DNA of 62,494 bases, filler included, from Globobulimina sp. (taxonomy: Eukaryota), in the NCBI GenBank assembly GCA_003354225.1. It is 28 parts of 28 records of this genome, joined end to end, with 100 filler letters (N's around TTAATTAATTAA, not from the genome) between each part and the next. Parts side by side here need not be neighbours in the genome. Positions count along the whole stretch, not along the records: positions 1 to 2,137 come from PIVH01008706.1; positions 2,238 to 4,374 come from PIVH01008707.1; positions 4,475 to 6,611 come from PIVH01008708.1; positions 6,712 to 8,848 come from PIVH01008709.1; positions 8,949 to 11,084 come from PIVH01008710.1; positions 11,185 to 13,320 come from PIVH01008711.1; 22 more parts are not named here. One strand, given 5' to 3'. Positions 1-11,203 of the stretch are shown here, in pieces; position 1 is the first letter of the stretch, and each line of letters begins with the position of its first letter. A program made the translations under genes and the position numbers. The notes beneath the pieces are model-generated. The model had not been told where the DNA came from, did not search any database, and worked only from the letters and a program-made list of their open reading frames with translations.

Positions 1-869
1 GAAAAAACCTTAAGTAAATGTTCGTCTCATGTTCTCGTCTTGATTACAAACTGCAAATAATGATAGTAGGTATTATAAATATAAGGATTAGACGAACATT
101 TACTTAAGCTTTTTCACTATAAATTCACAAATCGTTAAGAAAAGTTGATCATGAGCAAAATCAAGGTTAAATAGGAAAACTCTATTAGGCTACATTTAGG
201 GGCACTGACCCGATCGCGCCCTAGTCGATCACAAAACAAGTGTTTAGAAGTGTGAACCTAAAAAGTGAATAGTGATTGCAGTACCAACGCCTGAAATATT
301 ACGAGTTTATCATTTTATTTTTACAATTGATGAAAAATGCACGTCAACCAAAAACGTGACTCAGTCATCATCCTTCTGGCTTTCCTGGTTCATTAAAAAA
401 GTGAACACGTTCCTTGTACTTTTGAAGTGATCGAGTCATTCATTTTCCTAGCGATTTTTGGTAAGAAAATAAATTAAAAGCAGCAAATTTAATAAATATC
501 ATTAATTAAAAGTTTATCATTTTATTTTTGCTGTTTAGAACAATTAACAATCATTAAAATATCATTCAAAACAATTTATGAAAAATAAAACATGATAAAT
601 TATTATTTAATCAGAGGATTTGCGTATTTTTTTCACGATGAATTAAATCAATGTGGTAATGACATACATTTTATCATCAAATAATTATAGAAAAAGCAAC
701 CAACAAAAGACATACCAATAATATCATTCCATTTCTTTCGAACTTTCTATATATTTATTAAAAATATAAGTTGATATGCAAAAATATTGCGGCATCAATA
801 TCAATATAAATATAAATCAGAATTTGTAGTTTTGTTAACATCATTTTTGTTGTTTTTGATTCAATTGTT

Positions 870-1740
870 AACAATCAGAGTGAGCTGGGAACTCAAATAT
901 ATCTCATCAGAAAATACACAAAATACACAACACACACACATACCAATAATATTAGTTATTATTTCTCCATTTGCTCATCGGGTACAAATACAGCCGCTGT
1001 AAAAAACATACCTCCATTCTTTCATTGCATTTTGGAAATATAATCGGGAATACGGGCAGCCTAAAAACAAAAAAAACACAACTAAAGTGAGTTTATGTAA
1101 TATGTGCATCCGCCATTAACGTAACAACAATGATAACATATTGCAATTCCATTGAAATGGATGGAAATAATGTATTATAGCACCGTGTGTATGGAGGCTT
1201 AAAATGTATTTAATAAATTAAACATTTACCTCATGCTTGGTTCGATGCAGATATCGATATAATAAAAACGTACCATTGGTGGCTATATATAGAAACCAAA
1301 TGTAGTAAAGCATTGACATTATGCTGCTTCATATAGGGCATTGGCATCGGAACAGTATTCATCAATGAATATCAATCAATGTATCCAATATCCATCGTTT
1401 CGTGAACAACAACCATTTAGAAACATATTGCCATTCCTTAGTTATTGGTGGAAATAATGCATTTAATAAAAACGTACCATTCCAATTCCTCATCTTCTTC
1501 CATTGTCTCAGCCTCACTGTAAAAACATCACAACACATTTTTTTTTTAATTTGATGCTCCGAAATAAAACTTACAAAGAGAGCAAAAGCTAAATCAGGAG
1601 AAGGAGCATTTATATTTTATACGTATCATATCGATAATAATAGATCAAAAATATATAAGTCATCATTGAAATGTAGATAGTATCAAATATATTACTTAAC
1701 ATCATCTGCTTCGTCCATAATCAAGTCATTCTCATTAAAT
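870..1740 (-). CDS. Putative multi-exon gene of unknown function (several very short exons)
   Basis: The minus strand shows repeated ag|short acidic exon|gt patterns, e.g. ttacag|...FNENDLIMDEADDV|gtaat near 1697-1740 and ttacag|...EAETMEEDEELE|gtacgt near 1478-1516. Full exon structure and boundaries are not resolved. Confidence 0.3.
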
Positions 1741-2137
1741 CTGTAATAAAAACGAATAAAATAATGGTGAGGCCATGTATGTTGTGAATGGATGCAAAAC
1801 ATTTTGTTGTTGTAAGTGTAAATTGTAATCACTATTCATAACGTTTCATTTTATTGCATCAGCAAAAAGACACAGATATTTCTGGAAATTAATGATTGAT
1901 AAAACTAAACTGTTTAACCACTAATATCACATTTAATTCATTGCTCCCATTAATAAGCCACACATTCCATATCGTAATTCGTTGCCAATTTAATTAATTC
2001 TGTTTATTATTCAAAACAAAAAAAATGTGTGCTGTGCAAAGATAATTTATAATCAAAATAAATTATTATTTTGATACAAATCAGAAGTATTTTTCTGGTG
2101 TTTAAAGTGTGTCAATAATCATTAAAATCATACTTTG

Positions 2138-2237
2138 NNNNNNNNNNNNNNNNNNNNNNNNNNNNNNNNNNNNNNNNNNNNTTAATTAATTAANNNNNNN
2201 NNNNNNNNNNNNNNNNNNNNNNNNNNNNNNNNNNNNN
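2138..2237. other. Artificial contig linker N44-TTAATTAATTAA-N44 (first of 27)
   Basis: The identical 100-nt block, with stops in all six frames, recurs starting at 2138, 4375, 6612, 8849, 11085, 13321, 15557, 17793, 20029, 22265, 24501, 26737, 28973, 31209, 33444, 35679, 37914, 40149, 42384, 44619, 46854, 49089, 51324, 53559, 55793, 58027 and 60261. Intervening contig lengths fall monotonically from 2137 to 2134. Confidence 0.99.
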
Positions 2238-3727
2238 TTTGCGATTTTACAGGTGCCCAAGCGTTGGATGGATACTTCATCCCCACCCTTTTTACTACGA
2301 AGCAAGGCTTGCGACACTGCCTTACTCGCTAACAATTCGCCGCCATAGGCCACGAGACAGAGGTTCTTGGCCAATTCCACCGCACTGCCTTGATAATGTG
2401 CGTCGAATATCACTGTTTTGACGGTCAGGGTTTCCTTCCCACCGTCGTATCTATTGATATCACCGTGGCTGTCTACGGTGGCGGTGTGTAGTCCCATGCC
2501 GACACGCAAGCCGTTAAAGGCGCCTCTGTTGCCTTTGCCGACATATTGCATGCGACTGGATTGGCTCTCCAGTTGGTAGAAAAACGAGGGCCACGTATAA
2601 GCATTCAATTCCTTTTGCACGTTGATCGCGTACCGCATGGCATCGTATACGTCGTTGAATACGGTCAATACATCATAGATATGTCCGTTGTTGGATTCTA
2701 TGCAATGTCCATGGAAATGTTTCAACCGATCGAGCATGATGGCATTATGAATCTGCATCAGTTGCAAGAAGTTGCTGTCGGATAAGCCGTCTTGTAGTAT
2801 GGTGCGGTTTTCTATGCGCATGCACACAAAAGTTAAATCTGGGCCCAATGGCGGACCTGACATCTGATCACCGCTCCAATCCACCGATGACTATGTGTGG
2901 TATATGTGATACATTGCGAATTTGCGTACAGCAGTACGAGTAATGGAGGAAGTAACTGATTTGTGCTGATGTCGTTTATTGTGTCGCTGTTTGAGTTGTG
3001 GTTGCATGATTTGGTTATTATGATAGCCAGAGGCAGTGACTAGTGTTTGTGAGCGAGAATGCTTACTCCCAGCACGCGTATGCCGCTGCTGTAAGTGTTT
3101 AGGATGTAATACATTTTCTGGGGTGTATGGGTTCTGCGGTGGTGGCATGGCGTGCATCTGTTGTATTTGCTGCTGTTTGGCCCGTTGTATTTGCTGTAGT
3201 CTCTGTTGTTGATGGTGTATGCGAGAGATTAGCGGTGGTAATGCGACGGATTGCTGTTTTTGGCCGAGTCTAGCAAAGGGATCCTCGTCTTCTTCTGCTT
3301 GTGCTTGTATTTGGGATTGGCTGTGTTGCTCCGTATCGTCGCGTTGATTGATGGGTTGGTAATGTTGTCTTTCATTGATTTCATTTAGATCGCTCAGGGA
3401 AGGGTCGCCATCATGGTGGATGTTTTCATTTGTGGCGGAAAAGACGTCATCAATGGCGTCGTGTTCACTGTCTTCTTCTTGATCGTCGCCGTGTTCCTCG
3501 TCGGTGGAGGATTGGTCGTTTGGGGAGGAATCCGTGGAGATGGCTGGGTCACGGTATTGTATACTGTTTGGATTTGCGACGGATGAACGACGCTTCGCTG
3601 TGGTTTGAGCCATTTCAGGGTTGTCGCGTATAGGTGGTATATCGCGCAGTTCTGGGGTTTCGTCAATGGATTGAAATGATAGCTCTTCTTTCAAAGTTAA
3701 ATCGAGTATATTGTTGGGAGATTGCAT
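2238..3727 (-). CDS. Class III nucleotide cyclase-domain protein, catalytically degenerate domain, 3' partial
   Basis: ORFs 2891..3727 and 2186..2884 are in the same frame and are joined by a 39-nt GT-AG intron (2891..2929), giving RTA|SSVDW. Motifs DAMRYAINVQKEL, FNGLRVGMGLH and AYGGELLAS match the fungal/trypanosomatid-type cyclase fold. The N-terminus is low-complexity (D/Q/H-rich). Confidence 0.75.
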
Positions 3728-4254
3728 TGCCAGATCTATGCGTTGTATTTTGAAAGTTTATAACTGTGAATGGATTGTTTTGTTTGTGGATTGTATGATA
3801 CCTTGTGCCATTAATATAACTCTTTTTTCGAAAAATTAAGTGGTTTTTTCGAAAAATTAAGAATTTTACCCACTTCAGTTGTACACACATTTCCAGAGGA
3901 TCAGTTTATGAATCATGAGGTGATATCATTGATTTAAAGATTTCCTTGAAGTGACCCTTGGTCAATGTGGCATTCAAATGGGTGATATTATTTTATTTTG
4001 TTATCGGGCAAAATACATCAAATATTCTGCTACAATTGGACGATTGTAGTTATTTTAATTTTATATTTGGATCATTATCACAAAAGTTAATACAATCATA
4101 TCCATGCATCGATATCATCGAACATACAACGAATCACATTTACTTCTTTCGTGATTATAAATATGTGTGTTGGTTCAGTGCGATTTGGTGAGTATATATA
4201 TACTTGTTGGTTATCAAAATGTTCACAAGAAAAGGGATATATAATCTCAGCAGC

Positions 4255-4326
4255 GGGTCAGTGGTCTAGTGGTATGATTCTCGTTTCGGGTGCGAGAGGC
4301 CGCGAGTTCGATTCTCGCCTGACCCC
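4255..4326 (+). tRNA. trnP(CGG): tRNA-Pro, anticodon CGG (eukaryotic type, no intron, no encoded CCA)
   Basis: Cloverleaf: acceptor GGGTCAG/CTGACCC, D-arm GTCTAGTGGTATGAT, anticodon arm CTCGT-TTCGGGT-GCGAG, T-arm GCGAG-TTCGATT-CTCGC, discriminator C. Confidence 0.96.
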
Positions 4327-4474
4327 TTCATAATTTATGTTTTGTACGTTCAAATATAAACCCATCAATTTGACNNNNNNNNNNNNNNNNNNNNNNNNNN
4401 NNNNNNNNNNNNNNNNNNTTAATTAATTAANNNNNNNNNNNNNNNNNNNNNNNNNNNNNNNNNNNNNNNNNNNN

Positions 4475-6490
4475 TACGCTATCTTGGGGCTATGCTGTGC
4501 AGCTATGACACCACCAACTTAGTATCGACCGAGTTTACAAATAAAGTATTCCTCAAAAAACTTGACTCCAAAGCCAACTTACTGGCAACTTTGGATTTCA
4601 ATCATAATTACATATCCCTCGATAACAAAATACGTATCCTGAAAACGTTTTATTTGGTCTACACTGAAATATTTGCCCAAGTATTGGACAGTGATAAAAT
4701 AAAATTGAAGGAAGCAGCCGACAAACAACTAAAAACAATCCATATACAAACACAAATCAAGCACTTTGTTCCAGAACAACTCTATCTTTGGGCGGGAATA
4801 CCTACGCCTTATGATAGATGGGTTACTTTAAAACTCGCATTTTATTGGAAATTGAGAAAAGGAGGTAATATCTCCTTAATGCATAAATGTGCCAAGCTAC
4901 CATATATTCATCACCATAAATTGTACAAACAATACATCGAATTAAAAAACCACTGGCTGCCGAAACAAAAACAAGAGACCAAAGGTAAAACCATATGGAT
5001 TGACCCCTTTGACACAGTAGCAAACTCCCATGAATTACGACCAATAATTGTTCTACACCAACATAGACGAATTGTCAATCAATTAAATAACTACCACCCC
5101 ATAAAAATATTGAACCACATTACGAATGACTATAAACCAATGAATATGTATGAAACCAATGAATTAGCAGATTATATCAATGATAAAATGGTCGAAGGAT
5201 ACCGACAATTATTTTATAATTTTAATGTCAATATCAATTACTGCAATCTATGTCATTCCAATACTCATAACCCCATTGAATTCCATCTTGCCGTCAACTG
5301 CCCGATGCTCAACAAATTAAGACATGAATATTGGAATCATGCATCATACACCTTTTCAAAAAGTGGGGCAGCCATAGATCATATCCACCACCACCTATAC
5401 ATGCAGCGGTTAATTGAACACTGTGTAAATATAAATCATCATAGAATAAACCTTTGGAAAATAATTTGTGGAGCCAATTATTACGATACAGATACCAACA
5501 AATTCGCCTACAAACACAGGAAAATAAACATAAACAAAACCAAATACAGCCTGTACAACGATGTAATCTCTCAGTCTCACCGTTGGATGCACCATGTCAT
5601 GCAAATAAATCATAAAAATACCACAATAAGAAAAATAGGCTCCAAACATAACTTGGTCCCGTCAAAAAGGATAATGTTTCATATTCGAAATGATACATTC
5701 AATGAATGGATAAGTTACAAACACAAAATAAATCCTACTGACATTGTAATTGCGACTGATTCTTCGCACGATTACCAAACAAATACAACATGAATCGGGA
5801 TATGCATCGTTGAAGGAAACAATGTTCACTGCTTCGCACAGCCTATAGGCTCCCAATCAAATCATTACGGCGAACTTTATGCCATACTTAAATCAGAATT
5901 CCTAATAAATCACTGCAATATAAACATATCTAACAGAAGGATACTAATTTTCACTGATTCCTTATTTAATTTCTTGCCATTAATAATTACACCAAAAAAC
6001 ATACATAAAAACCCAATATCCATCCTATTCAAGAATACACAAAATTACATAAAAAGAAACAAAATCATCCTTTGGAAGGTGAAATCACATACCAAACCTA
6101 AACAACAGCCATTTAATCAAATTGCAGATATGCTCGCAGAAATAGGCAGGTCCCATCCATACAACTCCAGCTTCATAATAACCAACTTCAATTCAGTCAG
6201 ATATGCCAAATGCAAATCAGTTCACTTCTCAAGGGGTATTAGACCCCACCACCTTTTTAATCTCACCAGGATGCTTAAGCAATTGGTGAGCATGGAGCCA
6301 GACTTAGATACTGGCTGAATGTTCCCCCACTACTACTGCATGCATGAACTATTAAATTCGGAACATCATTCGCTTCGGACAACTAGTTTAATATTAATAT
6401 ATTGTGTACATAGTGATTGCAACAGATCAGTAACATTGGTGGTGTTGAAAAACACCTGGTAAAAAATAAAATAATTATATACAAAAAAAT
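4475..6490 (+). mobile_element. Non-LTR retrotransposon 3' half (ORF2 C-terminus: Zn-knuckle then RNase H), one in-frame stop
   Basis: ORFs 4492..5793 and 5974..6318 share a frame, and the only interruption is TGA at 5791-5793. Reading through gives an RNase HI set: IATDSS, NHYGELYAI, IFTDS, WKVKSH, NQIADMLA. An upstream CNLC-x10-H-x4-C knuckle is present, the ORF is intronless with an A/C-rich coding strand, and the 3' end has AATAAA and short A runs. The RT domain is not on the contig. Confidence 0.75.
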
Positions 6491-7411
6491 GCTGATTTTA
6501 GTTTTTCTTTTTTCCTTTTTTTGCTGGCAATAATGCGGCATTAATATTTGGTAAGACACCGCCTGAGGCAATAATAGCATTTCCAAAGAATTGATTTAAT
6601 TCATCATCATTNNNNNNNNNNNNNNNNNNNNNNNNNNNNNNNNNNNNNNNNNNNNTTAATTAATTAANNNNNNNNNNNNNNNNNNNNNNNNNNNNNNNNN
6701 NNNNNNNNNNNAATGCATTCCTTCCATTGCCAACTATTTAGTTGCTATTCCAATCTAAAAACGAAAATGAGCAACTATTTAGGAAACCTAGGCTCATCTC
6801 ATTAAATAACTAAAAATAATAACATAAAGCAAATATTTTACAAACAAACAAATCACAACACAAATATGACAGTCTTCATCAATAAATGCCCGCTATGCTG
6901 GCTGGATACAAACTTCTCTGAATTAACTTTTTTCGCTTAGTTTCGTTAACGATATATTAGAAAAGATAACCTCTTTGTATACAGAAAATTCAATTATAAA
7001 TTTGTTCTGACTTTGTTCTGGATTTGCAAAGCATTTCTGGATCTGAAAAGCGTTTCTCAGATAATTGAATAAAATGTATACAACTTATCGACCAAAGTGG
7101 GGGGGGTGGGTTATCTTTTGGAATATATCGTTCAACGATATCGATTAGCAAAGTTTTTGGGCCGGTTAGCTAGATTGGTTTTCAACCTAGTATTCGAAGG
7201 AAAATATAGGAAAAAAAAATATAGAAAATGTTCTAAAAACGTTTCTCAAAATGTTCTTCAAACGTTTCTGGAAATGTTTCTGAAAAACGTTTCTCGTATT
7301 TCATGTACAAAACGTTTCTATAATTATCCTTTAGGAAAATATTCGATAAAAATATAACGCAAGTTGTGCTTTCAAGTTTTTGTATCACAGAAAATAAACT
7401 TTTTGCACACC

Positions 7412-8287
7412 ATGGGAGCCTGTGCAGGAATTGAGATTGAACTCTGTTCATCAAACGCAGTTGAACCGGATCCAACATCAAAGAAAAAACGATCAGTCAA
7501 ACCGCAACATGCCCAATACGACTCGTATGAAGGTAATTTGAGGGACATTTTGTATGACGAATTTATTGAAGCAGTAATTAATGAAACAATGAGCACATAT
7601 TATCCCCAACAAAGTGGTGAAGGAACTACAAAAAGTACAAAAACGACAAAAAACAGATATACCACACGTGCTAATACTGTACCTATCGTACCTATGGCAC
7701 CTCCCATTATCAAAAAAAGAGAAAAACCACGAAAACCACACATAACACCGACCAGCACCAAAAGAAGAGTTTTACATTCACCCTCTAATTCTTTTTCAGG
7801 TTCAAGACATAAACGTTTCGGTACAAATTCATTGAATAATATTGCCGATGATATATTTAACGACATCCAACGCACAGTCAAGGCCAATTCAGTCAGTTTA
7901 AGACAGCCATTACGAGGATGGCTATCGCACAAACAGTCTTCCTCTAAAATCTTAAGCAAATATGTCAAGCGATGGGTGGTGGTCCAGGACGGATATATGT
8001 TATGGAGTGATCGGCAAATGACTGTGAGAAAAGGTGTGAGTGCCCAAGAGAAGAAGCGGTGGAATAAATGTATTCCTTTAAGGAAGATCAAGGCGGTGTC
8101 ATTAGTGTTTGCGGAGAGCGACGCGCCATGGAAATTTAAATTGACTCTGAAAAACAGGGAATATATTTGGAGAGCCGACTCTTTGCAAATGAAAAATCGA
8201 TGGGTGGATGGACTAAAACAGCGTATGGCCCACGCAAAGTTAGCATCCGTTTGTTCTAATTCAGACTTATTCAGTCTCCTCGAATAA
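7412..8287 (+). CDS. PH-domain protein with N-terminal dual-acylation motif
   Basis: Starts MGACAG (Gly2, Cys4). C-terminal PH signature LRGWLSHK...KRWVVV...YIWRADS...RWVDGLK. Single exon. Confidence 0.8.
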   Translation: MGACAGIEIELCSSNAVEPDPTSKKKRSVKPQHAQYDSYEGNLRDILYDEFIEAVINETMSTYYPQQSGEGTTKSTKTTKNRYTTRANTVPIVPMAPPIIKKREKPRKPHITPTSTKRRVLHSPSNSFSGSRHKRFGTNSLNNIADDIFNDIQRTVKANSVSLRQPLRGWLSHKQSSSKILSKYVKRWVVVQDGYMLWSDRQMTVRKGVSAQEKKRWNKCIPLRKIKAVSLVFAESDAPWKFKLTLKNREYIWRADSLQMKNRWVDGLKQRMAHAKLASVCSNSDLFSLLE

Positions 8288-8948
8288 GTTGCATTGTTAT
8301 ACATTAATTATAAAATTAACTGTTTAATTGGCAATTTTTGCTTTATCCAACAAAATATAACCAATTTTCAACGGAAAAATGCAAAAATTCCTATTTTTTC
8401 TTTATCTTTTATTAATTTTAGTATTTTTAATTTATAATATTGACTTGAAAAATGTTTTAATAGTCATCATCTTCCTTGTTTTAATATATGTATTTGTGTA
8501 GTCATCATCTTCCTTGTATTGTGCGCGAGGATATACACTACGTATACTAAAAACGGTGTTAGCAAATATTGAGAATTCTTGGTTTTGTGGAAATATGCAA
8601 GTTTGTACTATTTGCAGAAAATAATTGCCACTCCGTTTCAAAACTAGTAGCCTGTATACCGAATATCTCTTACGTTTCCAACAAACATGAACTGAGGGGG
8701 TTATCTTTTTAATATCATCGTTAATCGACGAGACGACAAAATTTTTACTACTTGGCTATTTTTGCATCGTCGCAATATTTATCATGGTTGATTGTACAGA
8801 GAAAGTATTCCAATTTATCAAACGTTATAAAATCTATATTATGGTATTNNNNNNNNNNNNNNNNNNNNNNNNNNNNNNNNNNNNNNNNNNNNTTAATTAA
8901 TTAANNNNNNNNNNNNNNNNNNNNNNNNNNNNNNNNNNNNNNNNNNNN

Positions 8949-10675
8949 TTGACAAAATACCAACATTTTGCGCACAAATCAGGCGTAAATGCACCATCAT
9001 TTTCATCGCAGTCTTGCAAACCAAAAAGCTTCGAAGGAATGGCCACATTCGGCACTTGTTCATTAATGGTCCATGCATCATATTCGTCGACATGCAAAAA
9101 AAACCAACTTCCATCTAATCGTTGGTTTTTATAAACAAATCTCCCATCAAAAGTGGCATTATCTAACACATAAACACCATGGTAGCCCTCATAAAATGAT
9201 GCTGCATTCGAGGCATCACTCATACATAATATCGGCGGGTAATATTCTGTCACATTTGTCGCATTTGCGTGCGCACATTGATCCACATCGAAGTATGGTG
9301 TTACATACAAATAAGGATAATCATAGGCCCATACTGGACAGCTCCAGGGAGATAATGCCAGTTTTGTATCTAATGTGGTGCTCCATGCTTGAAAAGGACA
9401 TACTGCAATAACGTCAATTGAGAGCTCTCCAGTGCCAAATACAAAAGCATAGCCATCTGGACCGTAGGTCAGATTCGCAGTGATGAATAGATATACATTT
9501 TTATCTCCATTCTCATGAATCCAATACGGAAAGTTCCTATGTATTTGTCTGTATCGTCCGTTTGCCACTAAAGCGGAGGTAATGGGAGTATCAACGCAGA
9601 TGAATGTGTCTCCCAAATTGCATATCCCGCCATGTGAGCTCACATTATATTCCCTCGCATCTCTATACCAATGGTTTCCGCATAGCGTCGGATCATCGAT
9701 GTAATCCGTTGTGTTTAATATGCATTCAATGTCAATGCTGTTGTCGTTTAAATAATTTGTTCCAATCACCCATCGCCATGGATTTTGCTCATTATTTGCT
9801 GAATGATTGACAGTTAACCAAATGTAAAAATCATTCACCAAAAGTAGTCCATGATGACCGTTTTTCTTCCATATCGGATGGTCGTTTATCATTATATTCG
9901 CTGTGTATTATGTAAATAGTGTCTGTATTAACAATGAGCATAATGACAGACCTTGTTCTTGAAACTCGCCATCCAACGCAAAATTTTGTGTGATTTCGGC
10001 ATTGTTATCAGTGATACATATGGTGGTTGGATGGGTGGTGTCGTTGAAACAATCGATAGATGCAAATATATCTTGCAATTGGGTGGTATTTGTGATTATA
10101 TTTACAATTTGTTGCGCTGTGTCTTTTGTTATCATTCGGGTTGGAATGGTGGGATTCGATAATTTCGTATCGCCTGATAATGGTTATACTTTTAACGGCA
10201 TATTGTTTGCAATTAGCACTGCTTTTATGTTTGCATAATTTTCTAGATTTAAGGTCCATTGTTGAGGGCTACATAATGTATCATAGTATTCATTGTATGT
10301 TAGTAATACAATGGTGTTGTCATAATATGATATTGGCGTATTCCATGTGGATATATTGCAGGGATTATTATGTGTATTGCTTATATTTTCAGCATTTGCG
10401 TATAACACTATTTTTTTGTTTCTGATGGTTGTGCCGTAACCGTATGGCGGATAATTCACTCTTTCAGATAATACGGTCTCTGATAATGTTTGTAATGATG
10501 ACTCAATGTAAACGAAGGCATAATTAGAACTGCAGCCTGTTTCGGTGGTAAAAAAGGCTGTGGTGCTAATTTGTGCTGGTAATGTTGTTGTCGTTAGGTT
10601 AGGTGCAATTGTTTGAGACTTTGTAACATTTATTATGAACAATAATGGTGTTAGAAGCAAGTACAACGGCGACAT
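8949..10675 (-). CDS. Secreted or surface Cys-containing protein with PA-like domain, probably multi-exon, 3' partial
   Basis: Signal peptide MSPLYLLLTPLLFIINVTKS, Thr-rich linker and PA-like segment (IVLL...CSPQQW...KAVLIANN). It continues through minus-strand ORFs 9908..10135 and 8897..9892; the joins are not fully resolved. Confidence 0.55.
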
Positions 10676-11203
10676 GGTTGTATTTGACTTTTTGCTGGAA
10701 AACAAATAGTAGTGGGGCAAAATTCAATCAGGCCTTAGGTCTGATTCCAGGCTCACAGATTGCTGGAACAACCCTGCGAGGGAGTAAATAAACCCGAAAC
10801 TCGGTTCCGGGGGAAGGGTAAAGCATTTATATTTGGCGTGGGTTATTGAATGCATTGATGGTATGAGGAGATTGCTATTTTTCGGGTGATTGCGGCCAAT
10901 GAACGCTAGTCTGTCTGCAACACAAAATGCAACGACATGGTTTTTAATGCATTATTGACTGTATTCTAATTTGAATGATGTTGACCAAACAATCGAAATC
11001 GTTTAATCTAAAAACAGTCCTTTAAATAAACATTAACTCATTCAATTTTAAATGAATAAAACCTGTCAAGTTTGATACATTTTANNNNNNNNNNNNNNNN
11101 NNNNNNNNNNNNNNNNNNNNNNNNNNNNTTAATTAATTAANNNNNNNNNNNNNNNNNNNNNNNNNNNNNNNNNNNNNNNNNNNNGCTATGTTTTATGGAA
11201 CAA

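Noticed and set aside
196-225. GC-rich hairpin ending in CTAGT as a Helitron 3' end
   Set aside because: The stem is imperfect and overlaps the CTAG, and there is no other Helitron evidence on the contig.
2891-5793. In-frame TAG (2891) and TGA (5791) as evidence of stop-codon reassignment
   Set aside because: The TAG is the acceptor of a 39-nt intron, and the TGA is a single change in a retroelement at a Gly position. TAA and TGA terminate conserved genes normally elsewhere (RPT5, TFIP11, PP2C).
7600-8304. 234-aa antisense ORF over the PH-domain gene (also 25799..26488 and other long antisense ORFs)
   Set aside because: These are shadows of real coding frames with no recognisable motifs.
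10711-10851. U4 snRNA or tRNA-Sec identity for the structured segment
   Set aside because: It shares TGGGGCAA and ATTGCTGG words with U4 but lacks the 5' U6-pairing sequence. There is no T-loop or proper UCA anticodon loop for tRNA-Sec.
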